Translations under genes and position numbers: made by a program
Part shown: positions 49,944-60,472 of the stretch, piece after piece
How the letters are laid out: every line of letters starts with the position of its first letter
Numbering within the stretch: position 1 is the stretch's first letter
Notes under the pieces: generated by a model
The model's input: the letters and a program-made list of their open reading frames with translations, nothing else
Databases searched by the model: none
Told to the model about the DNA's origin: nothing
Assembly: GCA_048940925.1 (NCBI GenBank)
Contig: JBHLOC010000002.1
Coordinates: 192,001-256,000 of the forward strand
Origin: Promethearchaeota archaeon
GTDB lineage: Archaea; Asgardarchaeota; Lokiarchaeia; Sigyniarchaeales; SOKP01
Direction of reading: 5' to 3'
DNA length: 64,000 nucleotides

Positions 49944-51260
49944 TTGGATAATGAAATATATATGAAATATAAAAGACTTGGGAGAGGTAATTGGGGAAAA
50001 GATCTCTCTATGTTGAAAATGATGTATATGGGATTATTAAATCAAATGAAAGATGAAGAAGCAACACCAATTACAGAAATGTTTTTAGAATATTTCCTTA
50101 ATATTCCTAAGGCGAGAAAGGAAGGGAAAACTATTATAATGCACCCATTTAATTATGGACCTGAATTATTTTATGCGATGAATTTAGTACCTCTGATGCA
50201 AGAAACCTATAGTGTTGGTCTGGCACCTCTACGTTTGAACGAACCTTATCTTGACATTACTAATAAAATTGGATACGGAGATAACCCAACATTATGCAAT
50301 GCCCAAAGACCCCTAATTGGTTCTTATATGCAAGGAGTAGCTCCCATTCCTGATCTATTATTCTTTCTTTCAACACCCTGCAATTCTCTAGCTATGACTT
50401 ATCAGGTTTTTGAACAGTTAGCTAAAATACCTACGTTCAATATGGACATCCCATATTGGTCATATAATAAATCTGGAGAGTTTAATGATGACCTTGTTAT
50501 TGATTATATGATAAATCAAATAAAAGATTTAATATCATGGATAGAACAACAAACAAAACAGAAATTAAATTTTGAAAAATTGCAGGAGATAATGATAAAA
50601 GTAAATCAAGCCAGAGAATATATTTTAGAATTTAATGAACTCTTAAAAACAATTCCATGTCCAGTTAATAGCCAAGCAGGTTTTGGAAATTTTATTTCTA
50701 TGGTAGGTGTAGGGGGAACTGATGAAGCTATTAAATCCACAAAATGGTTAAGAGATGTTGCTGCCAGTAATGTTAAAAATGGTGTTGCTGGTGTGCCTGA
50801 TGAAAAGATAAGAATTGCTTGGCCTTATACTCATATTTTCTTTGATGGAGATTTACTATTGTGGCTGGAAGAGACATTTCAAGCGGTAGCTATAATGGAT
50901 ATACTAGGATTTTATCAAGTTCTACCTCATGATGTTTCTACGATTGAAAAAACTTTTGAGAGTTTAGCAAAAGGAACTCTGGATTTTTCTATGATTGGAA
51001 CATGTCGGGGGCCAGTCGAGTATTACATTGAATTCTTGTTAAATTATGTAAAAGATTATAAAATTGACTGTGTGATTATGCCAATGCAGTTTGCGTGTAA
51101 ACATGCTTATGCTATGGCTAGAATTAGCACGGAAGCAGTGCGAGAAGAAACTGGAATTCCTATTTTTATTTTTGGATGTGACCCTTACGATTCACGAGAG
51201 GTAACTTCAGAAGCAATAAGGGGACAGATTTCGGATTTTCTTACTCAAGTTGTTTTATAA
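49944..51260 (+). CDS. 2-hydroxyacyl-CoA dehydratase subunit (HgdA/BcrB family)
   Basis: PELFYAM, LCN, PIPDL...TPCN, FACK, D..DSR. Confidence 0.85.
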   Translation: MDNEIYMKYKRLGRGNWGKDLSMLKMMYMGLLNQMKDEEATPITEMFLEYFLNIPKARKEGKTIIMHPFNYGPELFYAMNLVPLMQETYSVGLAPLRLNEPYLDITNKIGYGDNPTLCNAQRPLIGSYMQGVAPIPDLLFFLSTPCNSLAMTYQVFEQLAKIPTFNMDIPYWSYNKSGEFNDDLVIDYMINQIKDLISWIEQQTKQKLNFEKLQEIMIKVNQAREYILEFNELLKTIPCPVNSQAGFGNFISMVGVGGTDEAIKSTKWLRDVAASNVKNGVAGVPDEKIRIAWPYTHIFFDGDLLLWLEETFQAVAIMDILGFYQVLPHDVSTIEKTFESLAKGTLDFSMIGTCRGPVEYYIEFLLNYVKDYKIDCVIMPMQFACKHAYAMARISTEAVREETGIPIFIFGCDPYDSREVTSEAIRGQISDFLTQVVL

Positions 51261-51276
51261 AGGAGGTTTAGTGTAA

Positions 51277-52056
51277 TTGATTGTAGCTGGATGTGATGTT
51301 GGTTCTCTTACAGGTAAAGCTGTGATTCTAAAAGATGGTGAAATTTTGTCCTATAGTATTGTTCCAACAACACCTAAACCTGAAATAACAGCTCAAAATG
51401 CTATGAATGAAGCACTTGAAAAAGCAAATTTCTCGTTAGAGGATATTGAATATCTTGTTGGGACTGGATATGGTAGAGTTAAAATCCCGTTTGCAAATTC
51501 TGAAACATCTGAATTAACTTGCCATGGAAAAGGAGCTCATTCATTTGTACCATCAATTAGAACAATAATTGATGTGGGTGGGCAAGATTGTAAAGTAATT
51601 AAAGTTGATAAAAATGGTAAAATCCTTGATTTTGCAATGAATGATAAATGTGCTGCCGGAACAGGTAGGTTCCTCGAAGTTATGGCTAGAACTCTTGAGT
51701 TAAAACTTGAAGAACTAGGACCAATATCGCTGCAATCTAAAAATCAGGCAAAAATCACTGCTCAATGTAGTGTTTTTGCAGAGACTGAAGTTGTAAGTCT
51801 AATGGCAGATGGAATAGAAGTAGCTGATATAGTTGCTGGAATACATGATGCTATTGCTTCTAGAATACTGTCACTGGTTTATAGAGTAGGTCTTGAAGAA
51901 GATTTAACTATAACTGGAGGAGTGGCTAAAAATATTGGTGTAGTAACTTATTTAGAAAAAAAAATCGGTATAAAAGCACAAAAATTGCCTGTAGACCCCC
52001 AAATTATTGGCGCTTTAGGGGCTGCTTTAATAGCAAAGGAACAACTACAAGTTTAA
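51277..52056 (+). CDS. 2-hydroxyacyl-CoA dehydratase activator (HgdC/BadF-type ATPase)
   Basis: GCDVGS, TGYGR, CHGKGA, DVGGQD, MNDKCAAGTGRF, CSVFAETE. Confidence 0.93.
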   Translation: MIVAGCDVGSLTGKAVILKDGEILSYSIVPTTPKPEITAQNAMNEALEKANFSLEDIEYLVGTGYGRVKIPFANSETSELTCHGKGAHSFVPSIRTIIDVGGQDCKVIKVDKNGKILDFAMNDKCAAGTGRFLEVMARTLELKLEELGPISLQSKNQAKITAQCSVFAETEVVSLMADGIEVADIVAGIHDAIASRILSLVYRVGLEEDLTITGGVAKNIGVVTYLEKKIGIKAQKLPVDPQIIGALGAALIAKEQLQV

Positions 52057-52118
52057 TAAATATTTTTTTAAATTTTACTCTTCAATATTCTAAAAAAATA
52101 AATAGAGTTTAAATTTCA

Positions 52119-53360
52119 TTAGATTGCATTTCTTATCAATTCAGAAAGGTCTAATGCTTGAATTTCGTTATTTTCAATATTGTTTTTAAATTGATTTAAA
52201 CAGAATGGGCAACATGAAACAATAGCTTCAGCTGTAGTTTCTTTTGCTTCTTCTATCCGTTCTTTTGCAGCAAAAGAAGATAAATCTTTAAATGCTGATC
52301 TAACTCCCCCTCCCGAACCACAACACCATGCATTATGTCTATTTCTTGTCATCTCTATTAATTCAATACCTGGAATTTTTTCTAAAACATCCCGCGGTGC
52401 TTTATAAATTCCCATATGTCGTCCTATATGACAAGGATCATGATAAGTAATTTTCATAGCTAATTTATTATTAAAGTTTAATTCACCATCTTTTATCTTA
52501 CGTCGCAAAAATTCTGGCAGATGTTTAACTTCTATACCATGATTTAATCCAAATTTATTTGGGTAAGTATCTTTCCAAGTTCTATAACATCCAGCGCACG
52601 AAGTTAAAATCCTATCAATTCCAGCATCTTTAAAAACTCCTATATTTTTTTCTGCTAATTCTTTGGCTTTTTCTACTTGACCTGTCATATAAACAGGTGA
52701 GCCACAACATCCTTCATCTTTAAGAATTTTAAAATCAACATTTAAGGCATTCAAAATTTCTGCGGTAGCAATAGCAACCTCTTGTTCTCTATAACTGGAG
52801 GTACAACCAACAAAATATGCCAAATTTGCTTCAGGAGATTGTCTAATATGACGTGGTAACCATTTTAATCGTTCTTCATGTTTTTCCATATACGGATTCT
52901 TTTCTATTATTGTATGCTCAGTATAACGACTCTGTTCAGGCATAGGTCCATATCCCACTTTAACAGCTTCTTCTCTCATTGCCATTAACCATTCTCCCGC
53001 ATAAGTATGAATTTCAGGAATCTGACATTGCTGTATGCATGCCATACAAACTGAACATTGGTAAAAAATCTCTGCTAATTCTTTATTCCATTTTAGTCTA
53101 TCTGTAGATATAGCCCATGTTAATAGATTTTTCCCACCAAGGTAATATGCTTCAAACTTACCAAATTCTCCAGATGGACAAACTCGTGACCAAAAAGCTT
53201 CTCTATATGCTGTTCTACAGGTTCCACATTTACCACACTGAAAAAAGACTTCCTCATAATGTGTTAAATCTTGATTTCTATCAAGTTTCTGGTTTTCATG
53301 TGCTAAAGTTATCTTAGAAATCCCTTTTCCTGGTAAATATCTTACTCTTTTCTCAGGCAT
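52119..53360 (-). CDS. Fe-S oxidoreductase with CCG domains (HdrD/GlcF-like)
   Basis: CGKCGTC, CSVCMAC..QC, CCG twice, YHDPCHIGR. Confidence 0.9.
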   Translation of the reverse strand: MPEKRVRYLPGKGISKITLAHENQKLDRNQDLTHYEEVFFQCGKCGTCRTAYREAFWSRVCPSGEFGKFEAYYLGGKNLLTWAISTDRLKWNKELAEIFYQCSVCMACIQQCQIPEIHTYAGEWLMAMREEAVKVGYGPMPEQSRYTEHTIIEKNPYMEKHEERLKWLPRHIRQSPEANLAYFVGCTSSYREQEVAIATAEILNALNVDFKILKDEGCCGSPVYMTGQVEKAKELAEKNIGVFKDAGIDRILTSCAGCYRTWKDTYPNKFGLNHGIEVKHLPEFLRRKIKDGELNFNNKLAMKITYHDPCHIGRHMGIYKAPRDVLEKIPGIELIEMTRNRHNAWCCGSGGGVRSAFKDLSSFAAKERIEEAKETTAEAIVSCCPFCLNQFKNNIENNEIQALDLSELIRNAI

Positions 53361-53361
53361 A

Positions 53362-54789
53362 TTAATCTTCTCCTCTTCCTTGTCCGGGGTTCATTATTTT
53401 ATTAGGATCAAGAAGTTTTCTAATTTTTTCAATCAAATCACCGGTAGCGGGAAAGATATTCGCTTTGTGCGTCTGATAGGCCCATTTTGGTGATTTATAC
53501 ATAATTGCTCCGTCAATTTGTTGAACTTCCTCATGAATTTCTTTTAAAAGCTTCCGTGCCATTTTAATATCATCAGGATCATTTTTATTAAAATTAATAT
53601 TCGTTCGCGCAACACAATAATGCCCACCAAACATTATTCTACTATAAAATTGAGGGGGTTTATCATATTTCAAAGCTACTTTCCTTGCTGAATTATAATA
53701 ATTTACAATATCTCTTGTTGAGCAGTAAGAACCAATCCATTCACCTCCACCTCCCCTAGAAAAATTCCAGCAACCCCAAACCTGAGTTGGAGGTGCATCT
53801 ATAGCTTCTACGCCTTGTTCGCTTGACATAAGCTGTATTTTGCCTTTTTTACAAATATCTTTAATAGCTTCGCATTGAGCTTCATGTTGTTTAGCGGTAT
53901 ATGCTTGAGTTGCAATTATACATACAAAATCAGGCATACCTCCTTCTATAGCATCTTTGGGTACTTTTTTCTCATTTAAATGTTGGAATGATTGGCTCCA
54001 CCCGAGATTAACTACAACTATATCAATTATTCCAAGACCTGCTCTCGCAAGTTTTAGCATTACAGGAATTCCATCATCTATTCTAAGCGCGGCTCCAGTA
54101 AAAACTTCATTAAAAGGTAATCTTGGCCACAATTTTATAGCAGCTTTCGTTACAATCCCAGTTGTACCTTCCCATCCTATAAATAATCCAGCTAAATCTG
54201 GTAATGGTTGTCTGCCATACCAATGTTTAGAAAGGGCACAAGAACCTATTTTAACAAGTTCTCCTGATCCTAGTACTGCTTCTAATCCGTTAAGAAACTC
54301 TGCGCCAGATCCACCAATCATACCTAAATCAAACATTCCATAACAAAGACATGAGGGAACAACCCCCGTTCCTGGAGGTGACCAGGTTATTCCCGCTCTT
54401 AGATCAGGATGATTTTTTTCGAGGTAACCTTGCAAATCTGCCCATGTTATTCCTCCTTCAACCAAAGCATACATATCATCTTCATTTACTTCCAACACTC
54501 GATTTAATCTTCTTAAATCAACAACTATTCCTCCTTTTCTGGGGGTGGCAAGAGAACCAAAATTTATACCAGAAACCCATGGAACTATAGGAATTTTATA
54601 ATTATTAGCAAGTTTGACAATCTCCTGAACTTCTTCTGCAGAATTGGGCATTATTACAATATCACATTTTCCTTCTGGCTCAGCTGTTATAAAATCATAA
54701 TGATATAGAAATTGCATTTCAGGTTGATCTGAAACATACTTTTCACCAACTATACCTTCTAATTCTGCGATTATCTCACTATTTATCAT
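53362..54789 (-). CDS. FAD-linked oxidase (GlcD/LdhD-like)
   Basis: VDLRRLNRVLEV, GLEAVLGSGE, GWEGTTGIVT, DPNKIMNPG. Confidence 0.9.
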   Translation of the reverse strand: MINSEIIAELEGIVGEKYVSDQPEMQFLYHYDFITAEPEGKCDIVIMPNSAEEVQEIVKLANNYKIPIVPWVSGINFGSLATPRKGGIVVDLRRLNRVLEVNEDDMYALVEGGITWADLQGYLEKNHPDLRAGITWSPPGTGVVPSCLCYGMFDLGMIGGSGAEFLNGLEAVLGSGELVKIGSCALSKHWYGRQPLPDLAGLFIGWEGTTGIVTKAAIKLWPRLPFNEVFTGAALRIDDGIPVMLKLARAGLGIIDIVVVNLGWSQSFQHLNEKKVPKDAIEGGMPDFVCIIATQAYTAKQHEAQCEAIKDICKKGKIQLMSSEQGVEAIDAPPTQVWGCWNFSRGGGGEWIGSYCSTRDIVNYYNSARKVALKYDKPPQFYSRIMFGGHYCVARTNINFNKNDPDDIKMARKLLKEIHEEVQQIDGAIMYKSPKWAYQTHKANIFPATGDLIEKIRKLLDPNKIMNPGQGRGED

Positions 54790-54866
54790 TTTTATTCACC
54801 TTATAAATTATATTAAATTTTTTATATTATTTATAAACTTATTATATTTTCATAGTAATCAATTTA

Positions 54867-55976
54867 ATGGCAAAAAACTTGACAAAATTAATAAAAGTAT
54901 TTGGAGCAGCTCTAGATGCAACAGATTTTCCTGTTAGTCTTCAAATGAAACAAAATTATCTAAATCAATTGGCTCAAAAACTCATAATTGACCCTACTTT
55001 TTTAGATCCTTATGAGGGTTTCTTATTGTTTAGTCATTTGTTATCAAAAGATAAATATCTAAAAATTGGAAAATTTCCTATTGAATCTTGGTTAACTCCT
55101 AAACCAAATCTAGAAGATTTACCATTGATAAATCAATTAGAATTTCAAAAATTTACAAATAAGGGGACTATTAGAAAATATTCAGAGAGACTTGAAAAAT
55201 ATGTGAAAAACAAAATTTTACCAGATTTTCCTTTAATGATCGGAGTAGATCATTCTCTAACAGGAGGCGTCTTAAAGGCAATATCTAATGAATATGGACC
55301 CGAAGATTTACTAATCCTTATTTTTGATGCCCATTTTGATGGATTGCCCGCTCATTTATCATTTAATATAGCAAAATATATGAAAGAACACCCTGAAAAA
55401 ACAAACCCATTGATTTCTGAGCATATAGATGCTATAAATGAAAGATTAAACATTGTAGATATATACTCATGTGCCTCTTTTTTATTTTATTTATTGAAAG
55501 AAAAAACAATAAATCCTGAAAATTTGATAATTTTTGGGTGCCAAGATTATCCAGATGTAAAATATCGATCATTAGATGACCCCAAAATAGTAGAATTTGT
55601 CGAATTTTACAATGAAATGGAGCGATCAGGTGTTACATTTATACCAAAATCTGATACACCAATTATGATTAGAAAATTAGTAAAAATCTTAAAAGAAACT
55701 AAAAAATCAAAATTGTATATTTCATTTGATGCAGATGTAGGTGCCTTAAAAGAAATAATTGCAACTCGGTTTAGAAATGCTATTGGAATCGATCAAACAA
55801 CAATAATAAATGTAGCTAAAATTATTAAGAATATAATGCGTTCAAAAAATATAGAATTAATAGGGCTAGATGTAATGGAAATTGAAACGCATTTACTTAA
55901 TAAAATATTTCCTAAATCAGGAAGAAAAGATCAAACCATTAAGGTTGTTGATAGTTTTTTAGATGTTTTTATTTAA
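54867..55976 (+). CDS. Arginase/ureohydrolase family protein
   Basis: GVDHSLT, FDAHFD, YISFDADV, GLDVME. Confidence 0.82.
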   Translation: MAKNLTKLIKVFGAALDATDFPVSLQMKQNYLNQLAQKLIIDPTFLDPYEGFLLFSHLLSKDKYLKIGKFPIESWLTPKPNLEDLPLINQLEFQKFTNKGTIRKYSERLEKYVKNKILPDFPLMIGVDHSLTGGVLKAISNEYGPEDLLILIFDAHFDGLPAHLSFNIAKYMKEHPEKTNPLISEHIDAINERLNIVDIYSCASFLFYLLKEKTINPENLIIFGCQDYPDVKYRSLDDPKIVEFVEFYNEMERSGVTFIPKSDTPIMIRKLVKILKETKKSKLYISFDADVGALKEIIATRFRNAIGIDQTTIINVAKIIKNIMRSKNIELIGLDVMEIETHLLNKIFPKSGRKDQTIKVVDSFLDVFI

Positions 55977-56101
55977 AAAATACTATTTTTTGTTTTTCGA
56001 GATAAAATTGGAAAAAGACAAAACGATTTGACACCTTAAACTAAATGATCAAAAATCCTTATATTGATATAATAAAAAGTGATAATAACCTTATTAGTAA
56101 T

Positions 56102-56326
56102 CTAATTTGATGATTTTGAAAAGTAATGTTTTTTCTTTCTAATTACTAGTAATCCAAGAAGTAAAAAAACCAAGTCAAAATACAAATCTTTAGCGATAAT
56201 AAATGTTCTCAAATTTCCAAATATTAAATTTATTATTAATGATGTAATGCTATAAATGGTAGAGATCAATCCAAATGAGAGTAATAAAATGCCAAAAACT
56301 AGTCCAAAATCAATTTTTTTTTTCAA
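56102..56326 (-). CDS. Small 2-TM hypothetical protein
   Basis: Two hydrophobic helices and a basic tail. Confidence 0.55.
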   Translation of the reverse strand: MKKKIDFGLVFGILLLSFGLISTIYSITSLIINLIFGNLRTFIIAKDLYFDLVFLLLGLLVIRKKKHYFSKSSN

Positions 56327-56516
56327 ATTTATAACACTGAAGTTTTTTTATTTGAAGGTCTACTTATTTAAAGATTTTAAATAATTATATGTGATTTTAC
56401 TATTTAATGTATATGGATCTCATATAACTTAGTTGATCATTTAAGTGCAATTTAAATAAATGATAATAATTGAAAAAAAAAGGAAAAAGATAGTAGATTA
56501 AGGCTAAATGTGTATT

Positions 56517-57548
56517 TTACTTTATCATGGCATGATTTTTCTTTATAGTAGCTTCTGCATCTCTTACTATTCTTTTTATTATATCAACGACATCATCAAT
56601 ACTTTCAATAATGCCAATTGATTGACCAAGTAATACTGCACCCGTTTCAGTATCTCCCTTATAAACCCTGTCATATGCTCCTGCATCTTTTGCCATTTGT
56701 TCCATAGTTAATGATTTTTCATATGCAATCATTTCCTCTTTGCTGCTTGGTGCTGGATGTTCTAAAGCATATTTATTTTTGTATAAACGAATGGGGCCAA
56801 ATGCTCCTGTGTAAAGTGCAGTATCTTGAGGTTTACCTGGGGGTACTAAAGCTTTATATTTCTCATGAAATTCACTCTGTTTTGAGGCAATAAATCGAGA
56901 ACCCATAGCTATTGCTCCTGCTCCTAATGATAAAGCTGCTGCTAGACCTTCACCAGTTGCAAAGCCACCACATGCTATCTTAGGTAAATCAGGAAATGCA
57001 TTATTAATTTGCTGGAGTAAAACGAGTGTTGTAACTCTCTCATAAGATTGATGACCACCTCCTTCAGTACCAGTAACAACTAATCCATCCACTCCTGAAT
57101 CTATGCATTTTTGGGCTAACCAAACGGCTGGAGCTACATGAAAGTGTTTAACTTCCGAATTTTTTCGTAATTCTTGAAAAGACTGAGAACTTGGTAATAT
57201 CCTTGAGGAACCAGCTGAAGTTAACCAATATTTACATTGTTCTCTCATTTTAGGATTGTTCATTACAATCTTTGGTACATCTGTAACCATTTCTTTAACT
57301 CCTACATTGTTTCGAGATGTGAGGATGTTGAGACCAAATGGTTTATCTGTATGTTCAACCATGTATTCTATGCTTTCTTTATGCTCTTTTACAGGATTTG
57401 TGCCCACGATATTTACATTTGATAATACTCCCAAACCTCCCGCTTCACTTACAGCAAGAGCCAAATCTCGTGTGAAAAATGGACCCATAGGAGCATTAAA
57501 AATTGGAATTTTTATTCCAAACATCTTTGTTATGTTTGTTTCTAACAT
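56517..57548 (-). CDS. Nitronate monooxygenase / FabK-like enoyl reductase
   Basis: AVSEAGGLG, GTEGGGH, ACGGFATG, MGSRFIAS, GQSIG. Confidence 0.88.
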   Translation of the reverse strand: MLETNITKMFGIKIPIFNAPMGPFFTRDLALAVSEAGGLGVLSNVNIVGTNPVKEHKESIEYMVEHTDKPFGLNILTSRNNVGVKEMVTDVPKIVMNNPKMREQCKYWLTSAGSSRILPSSQSFQELRKNSEVKHFHVAPAVWLAQKCIDSGVDGLVVTGTEGGGHQSYERVTTLVLLQQINNAFPDLPKIACGGFATGEGLAAALSLGAGAIAMGSRFIASKQSEFHEKYKALVPPGKPQDTALYTGAFGPIRLYKNKYALEHPAPSSKEEMIAYEKSLTMEQMAKDAGAYDRVYKGDTETGAVLLGQSIGIIESIDDVVDIIKRIVRDAEATIKKNHAMIK

Positions 57549-57871
57549 TTTTCAAACCACCTTTTGATGTAAAAATCTTCAGAATTTTTAAAAGTAATTC
57601 TTTATAGAAATCTTTTTTAGTTAGTATTTATAGTTAGATTTATTTTATTGTTTGCTTATAATGTGTTATATAGAACATTTTTGATTATGAGGCTCATTGC
57701 GAAAACACCTAAATGTATTAACTCCCTATAATTATTAATTTTTGATTTATAACTAATTGGGATTACAAATCGTATAATTATAAATTTGTAATATTATTAT
57801 TATTATCTCGTGCGGAGTATTGGATTATGAAAATTTTATTTTATAAAAAAATATAGCTTCAAGAATCGAAA

Positions 57872-58156
57872 ATGACAAAGAAAATATGGAAATACCCCCT
57901 AGATATGATTACTGATGAATTCACTTTAGAAATGCCTGAAGGAGCTATATTATTAAGTTTTAAAGTTCAAAGAGGAGTTCCCACTTTATGGGCTTTAGTT
58001 AATCCTGATAATAAATTTGAAAAAAGGTTTTTCCGTTTAGTAGGAACGGGACATTCAATAGAAGATGATAACTTAAAATACATAGATAGTGTCCATCTAA
58101 ATCAAGGAAACTTAATTTTCCATTTATTTGAGTCAATCAAGATAAACAAAGTTTAA
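57872..58156 (+). CDS. Small hypothetical protein (IWKYPL...MP.GA.LL...LWALV...VGTGH...FHLFE family)
   Basis: Clean 94-aa ORF; pattern recalled from small uncharacterised proteins. Confidence 0.7.
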   Translation: MTKKIWKYPLDMITDEFTLEMPEGAILLSFKVQRGVPTLWALVNPDNKFEKRFFRLVGTGHSIEDDNLKYIDSVHLNQGNLIFHLFESIKINKV

Positions 58157-58174
58157 AAAAAGAATTATAGATAA

Positions 58175-58498
58175 GACAGCATGAAATTGATTTAAATCAA
58201 TGTGAGTAGGTCCAAGAAGCTCTAATGAGATATTGAGATGTCTCCATGCCTTTCTCTTGGTTCTTTTAAGTGTTTTTCAGATAAAAAAAATTCATTTCTG
58301 TATTTTTGAATCCAAGGATTAAGACGAATTTCTGCATTTATCATAAGTAGGAGCAACGTCAATTATGTTAACTCCATTATCAATTGCGAGTTTTATAGCT
58401 TTATTGGCTTCATTTTGATCCACATTCCCAATACCACATCCTCCTATCGTAATTTTGGATATATTTGCTCCTTTCTTGCTAAAAATACGAGTTTCCAT
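58175..58498 (-). pseudogene. Truncated, frameshifted aldo/keto reductase
   Basis: GGTGA + ATG; METRIF...ITIGGCG...GVNIIDVAPTY then frameshifts to AEIRL...FFLSEK and SLELLG.THIDL.QFHAV. Confidence 0.8.
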
Positions 58499-58646
58499 TT
58501 TTTCACCTTTATTTCTTTTTTAAGATACTATTTAATTCTTTTTAAATTCATATCCTTTTTAAACTAAAAGAGAAAATATTTTAAACTTCCATAGCAATAA
58601 CTACTTTAAAAATTAAATCTTCCTAAAAATTAAAGAGGAATTTAAA

Positions 58647-59081
58647 ATGTCAACTGAAAGAAAAGTAGATGTTTTTGCCGCATTGATACTAGTTCTTAGT
58701 CTTATTGGTTTAATCCTTTTAGCAGCTTTGGATTTTGCAGCGTTTTATTTGCCTAATTATGGTACTAGATATTCTTGTTTAGGTTGTGAATATAGTACTA
58801 GCGGTGATCTAGCAGCTCAGATTATAATATTAATTCTATTAATAATACAGATTCTAATAGCCTTAAATGACTTGCTTCCAAACAAATTTATTAAAAAGGA
58901 TCTTGAGAAATATGGTATGTTTCTAGCAGTAGCAACAGTCCTTTTTGCAATTATTGGAATTAGTTCATTTGGCGCGGAATATGGCGATTATGATTGGTGG
59001 GCTGCAGAAGGTTTCTGGGGAAGCATTATTGCAGGACTTCTCAACACAATCTTATTTTTCTTAAAATATAGAAATAAATAA
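58647..59081 (+). CDS. Hypothetical 4-TM membrane protein with loop CxxC
   Basis: Four hydrophobic helices; CLGC in first loop. Confidence 0.7.
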   Translation: MSTERKVDVFAALILVLSLIGLILLAALDFAAFYLPNYGTRYSCLGCEYSTSGDLAAQIIILILLIIQILIALNDLLPNKFIKKDLEKYGMFLAVATVLFAIIGISSFGAEYGDYDWWAAEGFWGSIIAGLLNTILFFLKYRNK

Positions 59082-59175
59082 TTTACTTTTTTTTTATTTA
59101 ATTTCTAAATTTTCTTGTAGTTTAAATAGATTTCATAAAACATTATTAGTACAAAATTTTAAATATTTAATATAA

Positions 59176-59373
59176 ATGACTGAACTTATTCTTAAATTAA
59201 AAGAGAAAAAATTTGAGAAAAAAAGAAAGTTATTTGCTAAAAAATATAGACATTGTAACCATTGTGAAAATCACTTAAATATTAACATGGATGAAGAAAT
59301 CATATGTGCTTTATGTGGAGAAACATTTTGCAAATCCTGTATAACTAACCATCAAAAATATTGTTGTTATTAA
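59176..59373 (+). CDS. Small zinc-finger protein
   Basis: CNHC...CALCG..FC..C...H...C. Confidence 0.7.
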   Translation: MTELILKLKEKKFEKKRKLFAKKYRHCNHCENHLNINMDEEIICALCGETFCKSCITNHQKYCCY

Positions 59374-59528
59374 AAGAAATTTAAATTCTATTTTTTTATT
59401 AATCCTTCAATCATCATAATAGTTAATTATTTTAATTCTAATTTATTTGAAGAAAATTTGGGAGAAAAGTTATATAAATATCAGACGAAAATACTATATT
59501 AGATCAAACTATAAAAATAGGGTAGAAA

Positions 59529-60317
59529 ATGTCATTTGTAGAAGTAAGTAAAGAGTTTTCTGAATATGGTCATAAAATGAAATTACTGGGCGTATTGGTG
59601 CTTGCAGATTTCTTCGTGTCAATAGTATCCCTCTTTATTCTTTATATTAGTTATATCTCTTGGGCTTTTATTATCCTTCAGTTATATTTTGTCTTTTCTG
59701 CATTGAAAAATATTAAATACGTGGCTGAGTCTTTAAATAATCCAAATTTGCATGAATATCGCTTTAAATGGATTAATGGATTTATAGTACGCTTTATTGG
59801 AGGTATTCTTACTGCAATAGGAGGAGTGAGTATTCTCGCTATACTTTTATTTAGCATTTCGATAATCTTTATAATAATATTTTTAATTGGATTAATAACT
59901 ACAATTGTCGGTGCTTATTTCGAATGGCAGGCTTGGAGAGAATTGATATTATTTTTTGAGCAAAATAGAAGGATGTTTCCTGAAATGATTTCTTACGATG
60001 CCAGAAGGGGTGCTAATTACATGAAAAATGCCGCAATATGTGACATGCTATTTTTCTTAATAATAACAGCCCTTATCGCATTCATATTAAGAGTTGCAGG
60101 TTATTTCAAGTTAGCCAAATTGGAAGATATGAAACATATAACAGTACAACCTGAAATATATCAACCTCAACCTTCGCAGTCTCTAGAACAATCAATAGAT
60201 CAACCGATTCCAATAGGAATTTCCACTACAGAGGTAAAATATTGTCCTCACTGCGGATCTGAAATTTCAGCTCTTGCAAAATTTTGTGGTTCATGTGGTT
60301 CAAAATTAGAGCAATAA
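59529..60317 (+). CDS. Multi-TM protein with C-terminal double zinc ribbon
   Basis: TM helices; CPHCG...FCGSCG. Confidence 0.8.
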   Translation: MSFVEVSKEFSEYGHKMKLLGVLVLADFFVSIVSLFILYISYISWAFIILQLYFVFSALKNIKYVAESLNNPNLHEYRFKWINGFIVRFIGGILTAIGGVSILAILLFSISIIFIIIFLIGLITTIVGAYFEWQAWRELILFFEQNRRMFPEMISYDARRGANYMKNAAICDMLFFLIITALIAFILRVAGYFKLAKLEDMKHITVQPEIYQPQPSQSLEQSIDQPIPIGISTTEVKYCPHCGSEISALAKFCGSCGSKLEQ

Positions 60318-60472
60318 TACATACTTTTACATATAGGTATGTTTTTAATCTTAGATTCTATATATAAAATTTTTTTAACTAAATCCCCTTCTGGATTAGA
60401 GGATTGTCTGTTTCTCTTTATAACTATTTTGCGTTAAAGAAATTTTAAAAAACATTTTTAATTTGTAATTTT

